From NCBI GenBank assembly GCA_018303825.1, contig JAGVXK010000021.1, forward strand, positions 7,752 through 71,751: a DNA stretch of 64,000 nucleotides, given 5' to 3'. Source of the stretch: Candidatus Pacearchaeota archaeon. GTDB taxonomy: Archaea; Nanobdellota; Nanobdellia; Pacearchaeales; GW2011-AR1. Every line of letters begins with the position of its first letter. Within the stretch, counting starts at the first letter, position 1. Positions 1-8,776 of the stretch are shown one piece after another. The translations under genes and the position numbers were made by a program. Under the pieces are notes generated by a model, which was given only the letters and a program-made list of their open reading frames with translations, was not told the origin of the DNA and did not search any database.

Positions 1-2174
1 AGAGAAAGAAATTTTATTCATTAAAGACTATCGCTAAATCTACTTTATTCACGCACAGAATTGAATCAGCAATTGCAACAGGAAGCTGGATTGGAGAAAG
101 GTCTGGAGTTACGCAGAATATGGACAAGACGAACTATCTTGCAATGCTTTCACAGCTGATGAGAGTTACTTCTATGCTTCCGGGAGAACAGGAGAACTTC
201 CTGGCCAGAACATTGCATCCGACACATTATGGAAGATTCTGCACTACGGAAAGCCCGGAAGGAGGAGAGCTTGGATTAAGAAAGAACTTATCTATATTAG
301 CAAAAATTTCAACTCATCTTGAATTTGATGAGCCTGCCGTAATGAAAAAATTCAAGGAGCTTGGATTGAATGCAGAGAATGGGAGCGACGTGTTTTTCAA
401 TGGAAGAGCAATTGGATTTGTCAGCAATCCTGGAGAATTTGCAGACAAAGCAAGATGGGCAAGAAGAAACTCTGAATTACCGAAGGAATTAAGTGTTAGA
501 TTTGATGAAGATACTGGAATAATTCTCATGTCAACTGAAGTTGGAAGAGTTCTCAGGCCTTTAATAGTTGTAGAAAATAGTGCCAGCAGATTGAGAGATG
601 AGCATTTGGAACTTTTAGAAGAGGGAAAAATAACATGGAGTGATTTAATTAGCCAGGGAATAGTTGAATATATTGATGCTGCCGAAGAAGATAATGCATA
701 TGTTTCTTTATTACAAGATAAATTAACAAGCGAACATACTCATTTGGAAGTAGACTGGGTGGATTTATTCGGACTTATTACAAGTTTAGTCCCATTTGCA
801 AACCACGATCCAGGATCAAGATTGATAAGAGGAAGCAAGACATTAAAGCAGAGCTTGGGAATTTATGCTGCAAACTATCTTGTAAGATTAGATACTGATG
901 TTTCTGTGCTGCATTATCCACAAAAGCCAATTGTTAGAAGTTTTGTGTATGACACTCTTGATGTATATCCTGCTGGGCAAAATATTGTTGTAGCAATTAT
1001 GCCTTTCGAAGGATATAATTTGGAAGATGCTGTTGTGTTGAATAAAGCAAGCATTGACAGAGGAATGGGCAGATCAACTTATTTTAGGCCATATTCCACA
1101 ACAGAATTGCAATATGCTGGAGGATTGTCAGATGAAATACTTATTCCAGATAAGGATGTTTCTGGTTATAGGACCGAAATGTCATATAAATATTTGGAAG
1201 ATGATGGAATCGCATTCCCCGAAGCTTCTATGAATGAAGGGGAAGTATTGATTGGAAAAGTAACTCCCCCTAAATTCTTGTCTGAGGCAAAAGACATAAG
1301 CATCCAAGCAAAAAAAGAAGCCAGCGTTGCAGTCAGACAGGAAGAAAAAGGAACAGTTGATGCTGTATTTGTCACAGTAGATCAGGAAGGAAATAGAATT
1401 GCACAAGTCAGGACAAGAGATTTGAGACTTCCAGAAATAGGAGACAAATTCTCTACGCCTCATGGGCAAAAAGGAGTAGTCGGATTAATTGCTGATGCCG
1501 AGGATATTCCGTTCACTGGAAGGGGGGTAAAGCCGGATCTGATGTTCAACCCGCAAGGCATCCCGAGCAGAATGACAATAGGATATCTTATTGAATTATT
1601 AGCCGGAAAAGTAGCTTCTACAAATGGAAAAATAATTGACGGAACTCCATTCGCAGGACAAACTGCCGAGGAATTGGAGGAGCAATTGAGGGAGATGGGA
1701 TTCAGCTATGACGGAAAAGAATCTATGTATAATGGAATTACTGGAAAAAAAATGGATGTTAAAATTTATATTGGGAATATGTATTATTTGAAATTGAAGC
1801 ACATGGTCGGAAACAAGCTTCACGCAAGAGCTTCTGGAAAAGTTGCATTATTGACAAGGCAGCCTATTGAAGGAAGAGCGAGGGGGGGAGGACTAAGACT
1901 GGGGGAAATGGAGCAGCAGGCATTAGCAGGGCATGGAGCATCATTGCTGTTGAAAGAAAGATATGATTCTGACAAGACAGTTATCTGGATTTGCAAAGAA
2001 TGCGGAAATATGACATATGAAGATACTTTAAGAAATAAAATTGGATGTGATATCTGCGGAAGCAATGAGTCGGAAGCCATAGAGGTTTCATATGCATTCA
2101 AATTACTAGTTGATGAACTTCTTGGATTGGGAATTCACACCTCATTTGAATTAAAGGAGAAATACGCACGATGA
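1..2174 (+). CDS. rpoB: DNA-directed RNA polymerase subunit B (Rpo2), C-terminal ~720 aa; 5' end outside the window
   Basis: ORF 120..2174 stays open in the same frame back to base 3 (..GSWIGERSGVTQNMDKTNYLAMLSQLMRV..). It carries RNAP-B blocks (GQKGVVG, PDLMFNPQGIPSRMT) and a C-terminal CxxC..CxxC zinc ribbon. TGA stop at 2172-2174. Confidence 0.95.
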   Translation, partial: RKKFYSLKTIAKSTLFTHRIESAIATGSWIGERSGVTQNMDKTNYLAMLSQLMRVTSMLPGEQENFLARTLHPTHYGRFCTTESPEGGELGLRKNLSILAKISTHLEFDEPAVMKKFKELGLNAENGSDVFFNGRAIGFVSNPGEFADKARWARRNSELPKELSVRFDEDTGIILMSTEVGRVLRPLIVVENSASRLRDEHLELLEEGKITWSDLISQGIVEYIDAAEEDNAYVSLLQDKLTSEHTHLEVDWVDLFGLITSLVPFANHDPGSRLIRGSKTLKQSLGIYAANYLVRLDTDVSVLHYPQKPIVRSFVYDTLDVYPAGQNIVVAIMPFEGYNLEDAVVLNKASIDRGMGRSTYFRPYSTTELQYAGGLSDEILIPDKDVSGYRTEMSYKYLEDDGIAFPEASMNEGEVLIGKVTPPKFLSEAKDISIQAKKEASVAVRQEEKGTVDAVFVTVDQEGNRIAQVRTRDLRLPEIGDKFSTPHGQKGVVGLIADAEDIPFTGRGVKPDLMFNPQGIPSRMTIGYLIELLAGKVASTNGKIIDGTPFAGQTAEELEEQLREMGFSYDGKESMYNGITGKKMDVKIYIGNMYYLKLKHMVGNKLHARASGKVALLTRQPIEGRARGGGLRLGEMEQQALAGHGASLLLKERYDSDKTVIWICKECGNMTYEDTLRNKIGCDICGSNESEAIEVSYAFKLLVDELLGLGIHTSFELKEKYAR

Positions 2175-2199
2175 AAACATTAATGGAAGGAGTTTAAAT

Positions 2200-2364
2200 A
2201 TGAAAAATTTAGCAAAAAAACAGATCGGGCAGCCCGGAGCATTTGAGATGTTAATCGGAGATGATATGCAGATGACAATAACCACTGGATGCGATGGACA
2301 GAGAATAATAATCGAAAATAGTAAAGTTATTGATTATAATATATTAGAGGAGATAAAAAAATGA
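2200..2364 (+). CDS. Small hypothetical protein (54 aa) between rpoB and rpoA
   Basis: ATG at 2200 is preceded by ggaaggag (Shine-Dalgarno-like). Its TGA overlaps the rpoA ATG as ATGA at 2361-2364. Translation: MKNLAKKQIGQPGAFEMLIGDDMQMTITTGCDGQRIIIENSKVIDYNILEEIKK. Below the ORF-track size cutoff. Confidence 0.35.
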   Translation: MKNLAKKQIGQPGAFEMLIGDDMQMTITTGCDGQRIIIENSKVIDYNILEEIKK

Positions 2365-5300
2365 TGGAACAATTTTTCAGAAAACAAGTAAGCGCATTAA
2401 AGTTCAGTTTGCTCAGTCCTGAGAAAATAAAGAAAGTCAGCGCGGCAAAGATAGTAACTCCTGAACTATATGATATTGATGGGTTCCCTGTTGATGGGGG
2501 ATTAATGGATCTAAGATTAGGAGCAATAGACCCCGGAGTAAGGTGCAGGACTTGCGGAAAAAGAGTCAAGGAATGTCCCGGGCATCCAGGAAGCATAGAA
2601 CTTGCAAGGCCTGTTTTCCACATTAAGTATATTCCTCTGATAGAAGTTTGCTTGAGATCATTCTGTGCAAAGTGCGGGAAATTACTGCTTACTGAAGAAA
2701 AACAAAAAGAGTTAACTCCGGGGCAGAGGGCTAAAAAGGCGAGGGATATCAAGAAGTGTCCATATTGCTCTGAAATGCTCGAGAAAGTAAAGCTGGAAAA
2801 ACCGAGCACATTCATGGTTGGAAAGAAAAGATTGAATCCTATAGAAATTAAGGATAGATTGCTGAATATTAAGGATGAAGAATTGAAGAGAATAGGAGTT
2901 AATGCAAAGACTGCCAGGCCTGAGTGGGCAATTATTTCATTGCTTTTGGTTCCTTCTGTAACTGTCAGGCCGAGCATTACACTGGAGACAGGAGAAAGAA
3001 GCGAAGACGATTTGACTCATAAGTTAAGTGATATTATAAGAGCAAACCAAAGGTTATGGGAAAACTTGAATGCAGGGGCTCCCGAAGTTATTATTGAAGA
3101 TCTTTGGGATTTATTGCAGTATCATGTAACAACATTCTTTGACAATAATGTTTCGAGAATTCCACCAGCAAGGCATAGATCCGGACAGCCATTGAAGACA
3201 ATTACAGAAAGAATAAAAGGAAAAGAGGGAAGAATAAGACACAATCTTGCAGGAAAGAGAGTTAATTATTCTGCCAGAACAGTTGTATCACCAGACCCTT
3301 TCATAAAATTAAATGAGGTTGGAGTCCCGTATGAAGTTGCAAAAGTAATTACGGTTGCTGAAACTGTAACAACATTGAATATAGATGAAATGAAAGAATT
3401 AATCAAGAAAGGGGATAATTATCCTGGAGCAAGTTATGTTATAAGACCGGATGGAAGAAGAAAGAAAGTAACAGAAGAATTAAAGGAGGAGCTTGTTAAT
3501 GAAATTCAGCAAGGATATAAAATTGAAAGACATTTGAGAGATGGGGACGTTGTGCTTTTCAACAGGCACCCTACACTTCACAAGCAGGGATTGATGGCTC
3601 ACTATGTCAAAGTTCTTCCATATAGAACATTCAGACTTCATCCTGCGGCTGCATTCCCTTATAACGCAGATTTTGATGGGGATGAAATGAACATTCACAG
3701 CCCTCAAAATGAAGAAGCGCTGGCGGAAGCGAGAGTGCTTTTGAACATAAGCAATAATATAATTTCTTCAAAAAATAACACAAACTTATGCGGAACTATC
3801 GCAGATGCTATTACCGGGGCATATATATTAGGAAAAGATGAATTGAACAAGGCGGAAGCTGACCAATTATTATTTTCTGCCGGAATTATTAATAATTCGA
3901 AGAGCAAGAAGATAGATGGAAGAGCTGTTTTCGCGCAAATAATTCCTAAGGGGAGCAGCATAAAGATTCCGGAAGAAATAACTGGAAGCAACGCATTCGG
4001 CGCGGAAGAAGGAAAAATGGTCAAGATTATAGATGAAGAATTTGGAAGGGAGGTTGCTGTTGATACAATATCAAAGGCGTTCACGCTTGGAACAGTTCAC
4101 TTATCCAGAAGAGGATACACTATAGCATTGCAAGATATTAATGTCAGTGATAAAGTCAAGAAAATAACTCAAGAAATAGTTGCAGAAGCAGAAAAGAAGA
4201 CAACGGAAATTATAAAGAAGGAGCAAAATGGAGAACTTGAAATAATCCCTGGAAAGACATTGGAGGAAACAAGAGAAACAAGAATATTGCAGATACTTAA
4301 CGATGTCAGAACTGAAGTTGCTAAAGTTGTTTCTGATAACTTCCCGCATGATGCAAACTTGAATAAGATGATCGCATCAAAAGCTGGAGGAAGCATGACA
4401 AATGTTACACAGATAGGTTGTTGCGTAGGACAGCAGTCTCTATGGAGCAAAAGAATCAGCTTAGGATATAAAGATAGAACATTAAGTTTCTTCAAAAAGC
4501 ATGACCTTAACCCAGAAGCAAGGGGTTTCATAAAGAATTCATTCCTTTCCGGATTAAGCCCAACAGAGTTCTTTTTTGGGGCGATAACAGGAAGAGACGC
4601 GCTTATGGACTTGGCATTAAGAACACCTAAATCCGGATATCTCTATAGAAGATTAGTCTCTGCACTGCAGGACTTAAAGGTTGAATATGACGGAACAGTC
4701 AGGGATGCCTCTGAAAATATCGTGCAATTTGCATATGGTGATGACGGGAAAGATGTTGCAAGATTGCACTTAAAAGATGATAAAGTAAGCCCGGGGGAAG
4801 CTGTTGGAGTTATAACTGCTCAAAGCTTTGGAGAAGCTTCAACCCAGATGGTTTTGAACGTATTCCATGCTGCAGGAGTCGCCCAAATGCAGATTACAAT
4901 AGGATTGCCAAGACTTGTAGAAATTCTCGATGCCAGAAAGCAGCCTTCTACGCCATTGATGACATTATACTTAGAAAGAGATTATAATAATGAAAAGGAA
5001 GCAAAAGTTCTTGCTGAAAAAATAAAGGAAGTTAAATTAAAAGAAATTGTTTCTGAGATAAAAGTGGATTTTGCAAACAAAAAGATTGAAATTGAGCTTG
5101 ATGCAAAGGCTTTGAAGACAGTCCACTCCGGACCTCAAAAGATAATTGACAGATTGCATGAAAAAGGATTTTCAGTTAAAGGAAATGACTTGAGAATAAC
5201 CCTTACTTTGCAGGATAAAGACTTCAAGGAAATGTACAGGCTTAAAGAAAAATTAAAAGATACTATAATCTCGGGAGTTAAGGGAATCTCACAGGTTGTT

Positions 5301-5798
5301 GTAGCACAAAGGGGGAGAGATTATGTTATAATGACTGCCGGTTCTAATTTGGCAGATGCAATAACTGTTAAAGGAATAAACAAGGAGAGAGTATTCTCCA
5401 ACGATATTCATGACGTTTCCGGAACATTTGGAATTGAGGCAGCTAGAGAAACAATTGTCAGAGAAATTAAGGAAGTTATGGAATCTCAGGGACTTGATGT
5501 TAATGAGAGGCATTTAAAGCTTGTTGCAGATGCAATGACTTCATCCGGAGTTGTTAAAGGAGTTACAAGAATGGGAATAATTTCTGACAAGGCGTCAATT
5601 CTTGCAAGAGCAACATTCGAAACACCGGACAAACAATTTGTTGATGCTACAATAAAAGGCGGAAGAGACGAGCTGAAATCTGTAATTGAAAATATCCTGC
5701 TTAACCAGCCCATACCTGTTGGGACTGGACTTCCAGGACTTCTTGTAAAAATAACCGGACCTTTGGTGAAAAAGCCCGAGAAAGGTAAGAAGGAGTGA
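2361..5798 (+). CDS. rpoA: DNA-directed RNA polymerase subunit A, with A' and A'' parts fused in one 1145-aa ORF
   Basis: N-terminal zinc motifs, the NADFDGDEMN catalytic loop, a bridge-helix region (GRDALMDLALRTPKSGYLYRRL) and a trigger-loop region (ITAQSFGEASTQMVLNVFHAAGVA) all lie in one frame. Confidence 0.93.
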   Translation: MMEQFFRKQVSALKFSLLSPEKIKKVSAAKIVTPELYDIDGFPVDGGLMDLRLGAIDPGVRCRTCGKRVKECPGHPGSIELARPVFHIKYIPLIEVCLRSFCAKCGKLLLTEEKQKELTPGQRAKKARDIKKCPYCSEMLEKVKLEKPSTFMVGKKRLNPIEIKDRLLNIKDEELKRIGVNAKTARPEWAIISLLLVPSVTVRPSITLETGERSEDDLTHKLSDIIRANQRLWENLNAGAPEVIIEDLWDLLQYHVTTFFDNNVSRIPPARHRSGQPLKTITERIKGKEGRIRHNLAGKRVNYSARTVVSPDPFIKLNEVGVPYEVAKVITVAETVTTLNIDEMKELIKKGDNYPGASYVIRPDGRRKKVTEELKEELVNEIQQGYKIERHLRDGDVVLFNRHPTLHKQGLMAHYVKVLPYRTFRLHPAAAFPYNADFDGDEMNIHSPQNEEALAEARVLLNISNNIISSKNNTNLCGTIADAITGAYILGKDELNKAEADQLLFSAGIINNSKSKKIDGRAVFAQIIPKGSSIKIPEEITGSNAFGAEEGKMVKIIDEEFGREVAVDTISKAFTLGTVHLSRRGYTIALQDINVSDKVKKITQEIVAEAEKKTTEIIKKEQNGELEIIPGKTLEETRETRILQILNDVRTEVAKVVSDNFPHDANLNKMIASKAGGSMTNVTQIGCCVGQQSLWSKRISLGYKDRTLSFFKKHDLNPEARGFIKNSFLSGLSPTEFFFGAITGRDALMDLALRTPKSGYLYRRLVSALQDLKVEYDGTVRDASENIVQFAYGDDGKDVARLHLKDDKVSPGEAVGVITAQSFGEASTQMVLNVFHAAGVAQMQITIGLPRLVEILDARKQPSTPLMTLYLERDYNNEKEAKVLAEKIKEVKLKEIVSEIKVDFANKKIEIELDAKALKTVHSGPQKIIDRLHEKGFSVKGNDLRITLTLQDKDFKEMYRLKEKLKDTIISGVKGISQVVVAQRGRDYVIMTAGSNLADAITVKGINKERVFSNDIHDVSGTFGIEAARETIVREIKEVMESQGLDVNERHLKLVADAMTSSGVVKGVTRMGIISDKASILARATFETPDKQFVDATIKGGRDELKSVIENILLNQPIPVGTGLPGLLVKITGPLVKKPEKGKKE

Positions 5799-5802
5799 GA
5801 AA

Positions 5803-6216
5803 ATGCAGTTAAACATGCAGTTAATGAGATATATTAATCTTCTAGATAAGGTAACTGGAGTGAAAACCACCAGGTGTTTTTTTTATAATAACGCCATAAT
5901 CTTTGCTGTGCCTAAAGGTTTCATGGCGCAGGCGATAGGAAAAAATGCCAGCAACATTTATTATCTGCAGGAAAAAATGGGGAAGAGGGTAAGAATTGTT
6001 CAGGAATCAAATGGAACTGAAGATATAGAAAGATTTGTCAGAAGCATAATTGAACCTGCTCAATTTAAATCTATAGAAATAAAAGAAAATGAGCTGATAA
6101 TAACTGCGGGGAGTATGCAGAATAAAGCTAATCTGCTCGGAAGAAACAAGAAAAGATTCGAAGAACTGAAGGAAATCATAAGGGATGATTTCAGCCTTGA
6201 GTTAAAAGTAATGTAG
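5803..6216 (+). CDS. nusA: Archaeal NusA-like KH-domain protein
   Basis: 137 aa with two KH-like GxxG-type segments (AIGKNASNIYYLQEKMGKRVRIV). It sits in the conserved position after rpoA and before S12. Confidence 0.8.
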   Translation: MQLNMQLMRYINLLDKVTGVKTTRCFFYNNAIIFAVPKGFMAQAIGKNASNIYYLQEKMGKRVRIVQESNGTEDIERFVRSIIEPAQFKSIEIKENELIITAGSMQNKANLLGRNKKRFEELKEIIRDDFSLELKVM

Positions 6217-6364
6217 GGAGATAAATATTAATATTACGACGATAAAACATCAAAGTTTGTTTAGGATATTATCATAAAATATTGATGATGAAATTAGCCA
6301 TTACCTTTTAATTTGACAGAACCAATAAATAAAGGGTTCAAAATAAGACTTACAAAGTCTTAAG

Positions 6365-6452
6365 TAAGTTTAAGGTTTCACGAGTGAAAGGTTTAAAATG
6401 GTCTTTAGAAAAGCTCACGGAAAGCAAGGTTTAATAAATGAAAGGTTTAAAA
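6365..6452 (+). promoter_or_regulatory. Tandem ~54-nt duplication carrying four AAGGTTT motifs; BRE/TATA-like AAAGGTTTAAAA boxes upstream of S12
   Basis: aaggttt occurs at 6372, 6388, 6426 and 6442 (spacing 16/38/16, i.e. period 54). tgaaaggtttaaaa is exact at 6385-6398 and 6439-6452. The second box ends ~27 nt before the ATG at 6480. Confidence 0.4.
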
Positions 6453-6479
6453 AGCGAAAAAATTAAGCATAAACATACA

Positions 6480-6902
6480 ATGGGATTAATGAATGCAAGA
6501 AAATTGATGAAAAACAGAAAGAAACATAGATGGAGCCAAAAAGCCCATAAAAAAAGAACTCTTAATCTTAAAATAAAATTCGATCCTCTGGAAGGGAGCT
6601 CGCAGGCAAAAGGAATAGTTATTTCAAAGTTTCAAAAAGAAGCAAGACAGCCTAACTCTGCAATGAGAAAATGCTGCAAAGTTCAGCTGATTAAGAATGG
6701 AATTTCTGTTGGGGCATTCATCCCGGGAAACCTTGCTCAGAAATTTATTGATGAGCACGATGAAGTTTTGATTGAAAGAATTGGCGGAAGAATGGGCCGT
6801 TCTCCGGGCGATATTCCTGGAATCAGATTCACAGTAATTAAAGTAAACGATCAGCCTTTGCATTTATTGTGGAAAGGCAAGATAGAAAAAGGTAGAAGAT
6901 AA
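6480..6902 (+). CDS. rps12: 30S ribosomal protein S12 (uS12)
   Basis: ..[40 protein letters not shown].. The conserved N-terminus MGLMNARKL begins at 6480. The ORF-track start at 6438 lies inside the duplicated upstream motif. Confidence 0.92.
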   Translation: MGLMNARKLMKNRKKHRWSQKAHKKRTLNLKIKFDPLEGSSQAKGIVISKFQKEARQPNSAMRKCCKVQLIKNGISVGAFIPGNLAQKFIDEHDEVLIERIGGRMGRSPGDIPGIRFTVIKVNDQPLHLLWKGKIEKGRR

Positions 6903-7192
6903 TGAACAAGAGAAGTTTTATGAGACGTCATGTCGGGGAAGAAGTTGTAGTAATTGGAGCAGACAATGCTACACTTGCTGAAGGAGTAGTTAGCAGAGTG
7001 AGGCACATGCCATTCACAGAAAATAGAGATCCTAAAAATAATGGATATTATGTGAGAAATAACCAGATTCCTCTAAGAGCTATTTATCGAACTTTAGATT
7101 TGAGTAACGCAAGCGTAGCAAAACCAGTTGTATATGCTGATTATGTTTCACCAAGCAGAATCAAGGAGGATAGCATAAAATGCCAATCATAG
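6902..7192 (+). CDS. Hypothetical protein (96 aa) inserted between S12 and S7
   Basis: ATG overlaps the S12 stop (TAATG). No family recognised. Translation begins [33 protein letters not shown]... Confidence 0.5.
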   Translation: MNKRSFMRRHVGEEVVVIGADNATLAEGVVSRVRHMPFTENRDPKNNGYYVRNNQIPLRAIYRTLDLSNASVAKPVVYADYVSPSRIKEDSIKCQS

Positions 7193-7225
7193 ACGGCACA
7201 TCCGGAGTATGTTCATGCCATAAGG

Positions 7226-7864
7226 ATGATGCGGAGTATTTTTCAAATGACAGAACAAACACAAGAACAAAAAGGATTTAAGATATTCGACCTTTATGAC
7301 GTTTCTAATATAGAAATAAAGGACCCTGCATTGAAGCCATACATAAATCTTGCTCCAAAATTATTATTAAAAAGCCATGGAAGAATAAAAACTAAGCTCG
7401 CAAAGACAAAAGTTAATATTGTTGAGAGGCTGGCTGCAAGGTTGCAAGTTCCGGGGCATGTTGGAAAGAAACATAAAATAATAACATCATGGAGTTCTGG
7501 AAAATATAACAGAAATATGAAGACTGTTCTTGAAGTATTGAAGATAATTGAAAAGAAAACTGGAAAAAATCCTGTTCAGATCTTTGTAGCTGCTATTGAG
7601 AATGGCTCTCCTAGGGACGAGATTACAGTTATTGAGCATGCTGGAGCAAGATACCCCCAGGCAGTTGACTGTTCCCCAATAAGAAGAATAGACCTCGCAA
7701 TTAGATGGATGACTATTGGAGCTTATGGCAGATCTTTTGGGAAGAAAAAGAAAATGGCAGACTCTCTCGCAGAAGAAATTATGAGGGCAGGTGAAGGAAG
7801 CATGGAAAGCTATGCCTGCTCAAAAAGAAATGAATCTGAAAAACAGGCTGATTCGGCCAGATAA
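7226..7864 (+). CDS. rps7: 30S ribosomal protein S7 (uS7)
   Basis: Archaeal S7 blocks (NIVERLAARLQVPGH.., GSPRDEITVIEHAGARYPQAVDCSPIRRIDLAIRW). The start may be the internal Met at ~7247. Confidence 0.92.
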   Translation: MMRSIFQMTEQTQEQKGFKIFDLYDVSNIEIKDPALKPYINLAPKLLLKSHGRIKTKLAKTKVNIVERLAARLQVPGHVGKKHKIITSWSSGKYNRNMKTVLEVLKIIEKKTGKNPVQIFVAAIENGSPRDEITVIEHAGARYPQAVDCSPIRRIDLAIRWMTIGAYGRSFGKKKKMADSLAEEIMRAGEGSMESYACSKRNESEKQADSAR

Positions 7865-7872
7865 ATTCTTGT

Positions 7873-8634
7873 TTGCATTATATATATTCTTACAGACTAG
7901 GATTATGTTTAGAATTATGCTTAAACTTTCATAAATATTATATACTCTTTAAGTTATTTGATTTTGTGAGTTTAATTAAGAGGAGAGCATCGATTGCGGG
8001 AGCATTATTATTAGCTTGTTCTGCTTCTTTAGCTGAAGAGGATATTTTAAGAGTAAGCTCTAACGAAAGAGAAATTAAATTTTCTCTCCCAAGTGTAACA
8101 GATGAGCTAGGAATAGCAAAAATCAATTCGCAGTTAAAAATTCCTTATTCTAATGCTTATCTAGAAGGCAGGAAATTTGACCTTGAAAAAACAATCTTAG
8201 AGACAGGAATAACTTATCCAAGTATAATGGGCTTTTACACTGGAAATAGCGTTGGAATGAAAATTTCTCAGAATTTTGAAAAAAGCCAGAAAAGAACAGA
8301 TTCAGAAGGCTATTTATCGTCTTGGTTAAGCAGGAGAATTGCATTGACTGGCCTCTTGAGCATTGACTTAAGCTTGTTTTATAATCATTCTTTAGAATAT
8401 AATGCAGACAATCTGGGCATTAACTTATACAAAGGGGTACAATTGTATAAAAATATCTATATTGGGGTTAGTGGATATATGTTCTCAGACTTCAAAGGAT
8501 ATGCCTACCAAAGTATTAATTCTTCGTTATTATTTAGGTTAGGAGATTTTAATTTTTCTGTATTTATGGAAAAGAGAAAGGATAATTACAAAGAAGGACA
8601 ATATATGGGACTTACTGTAGGAAAGAAATTCTAA
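7873..8634 (+). CDS. Hypothetical secreted or lipobox-bearing beta-rich protein
   Basis: A likely GTG start at 7966 gives VSLIKRRASIAGALLLAC|S, i.e. a basic RR n-region, hydrophobic core and LLAC lipobox-like motif. The rest is rich in alternating aromatic and polar residues and ends ..GLTVGKKF. Confidence 0.5.
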   Translation: MHYIYSYRLGLCLELCLNFHKYYILFKLFDFVSLIKRRASIAGALLLACSASLAEEDILRVSSNEREIKFSLPSVTDELGIAKINSQLKIPYSNAYLEGRKFDLEKTILETGITYPSIMGFYTGNSVGMKISQNFEKSQKRTDSEGYLSSWLSRRIALTGLLSIDLSLFYNHSLEYNADNLGINLYKGVQLYKNIYIGVSGYMFSDFKGYAYQSINSSLLFRLGDFNFSVFMEKRKDNYKEGQYMGLTVGKKF

Positions 8635-8776
8635 GAAATATACTAAAAAGCTTTAAAAACCCTCTTTATTATCAACATTTATTCTCATGATTGATATGAG
8701 ATTATAATATAACTATGGTAGAAAATAAACTTTATGAAAGTTTAAGAAAGCAAGGATTGTTTACTGGAGGTAAACA

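Noticed and set aside
2327-2977. Long antisense or alternative-frame ORFs inside strongly supported genes. Examples: 2327..2977(-), 3704..4084(-), 9025..9432(-), 13693..14238(+), 15081..15482(+), 27052..27594(+), 29384..29830(+), 49764..50609(+), 51835..52446(-), 53244..53726(-), 58562..58936(+), and the many + strand ORFs inside the giant gene at 35775..41342.
   Set aside because: Each lies opposite or out of frame to a gene with clear family motifs. Their translations are Ser/Leu/Phe/Cys-rich shadow sequences typical of AT-rich genomes.
6438-6479. ATG at 6438 as the S12 start (longest ORF).
   Set aside because: The extra 14 residues are encoded by the second copy of a duplicated upstream motif. 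The conserved S12 N-terminus (MGLMNARKL..) begins at 6480.
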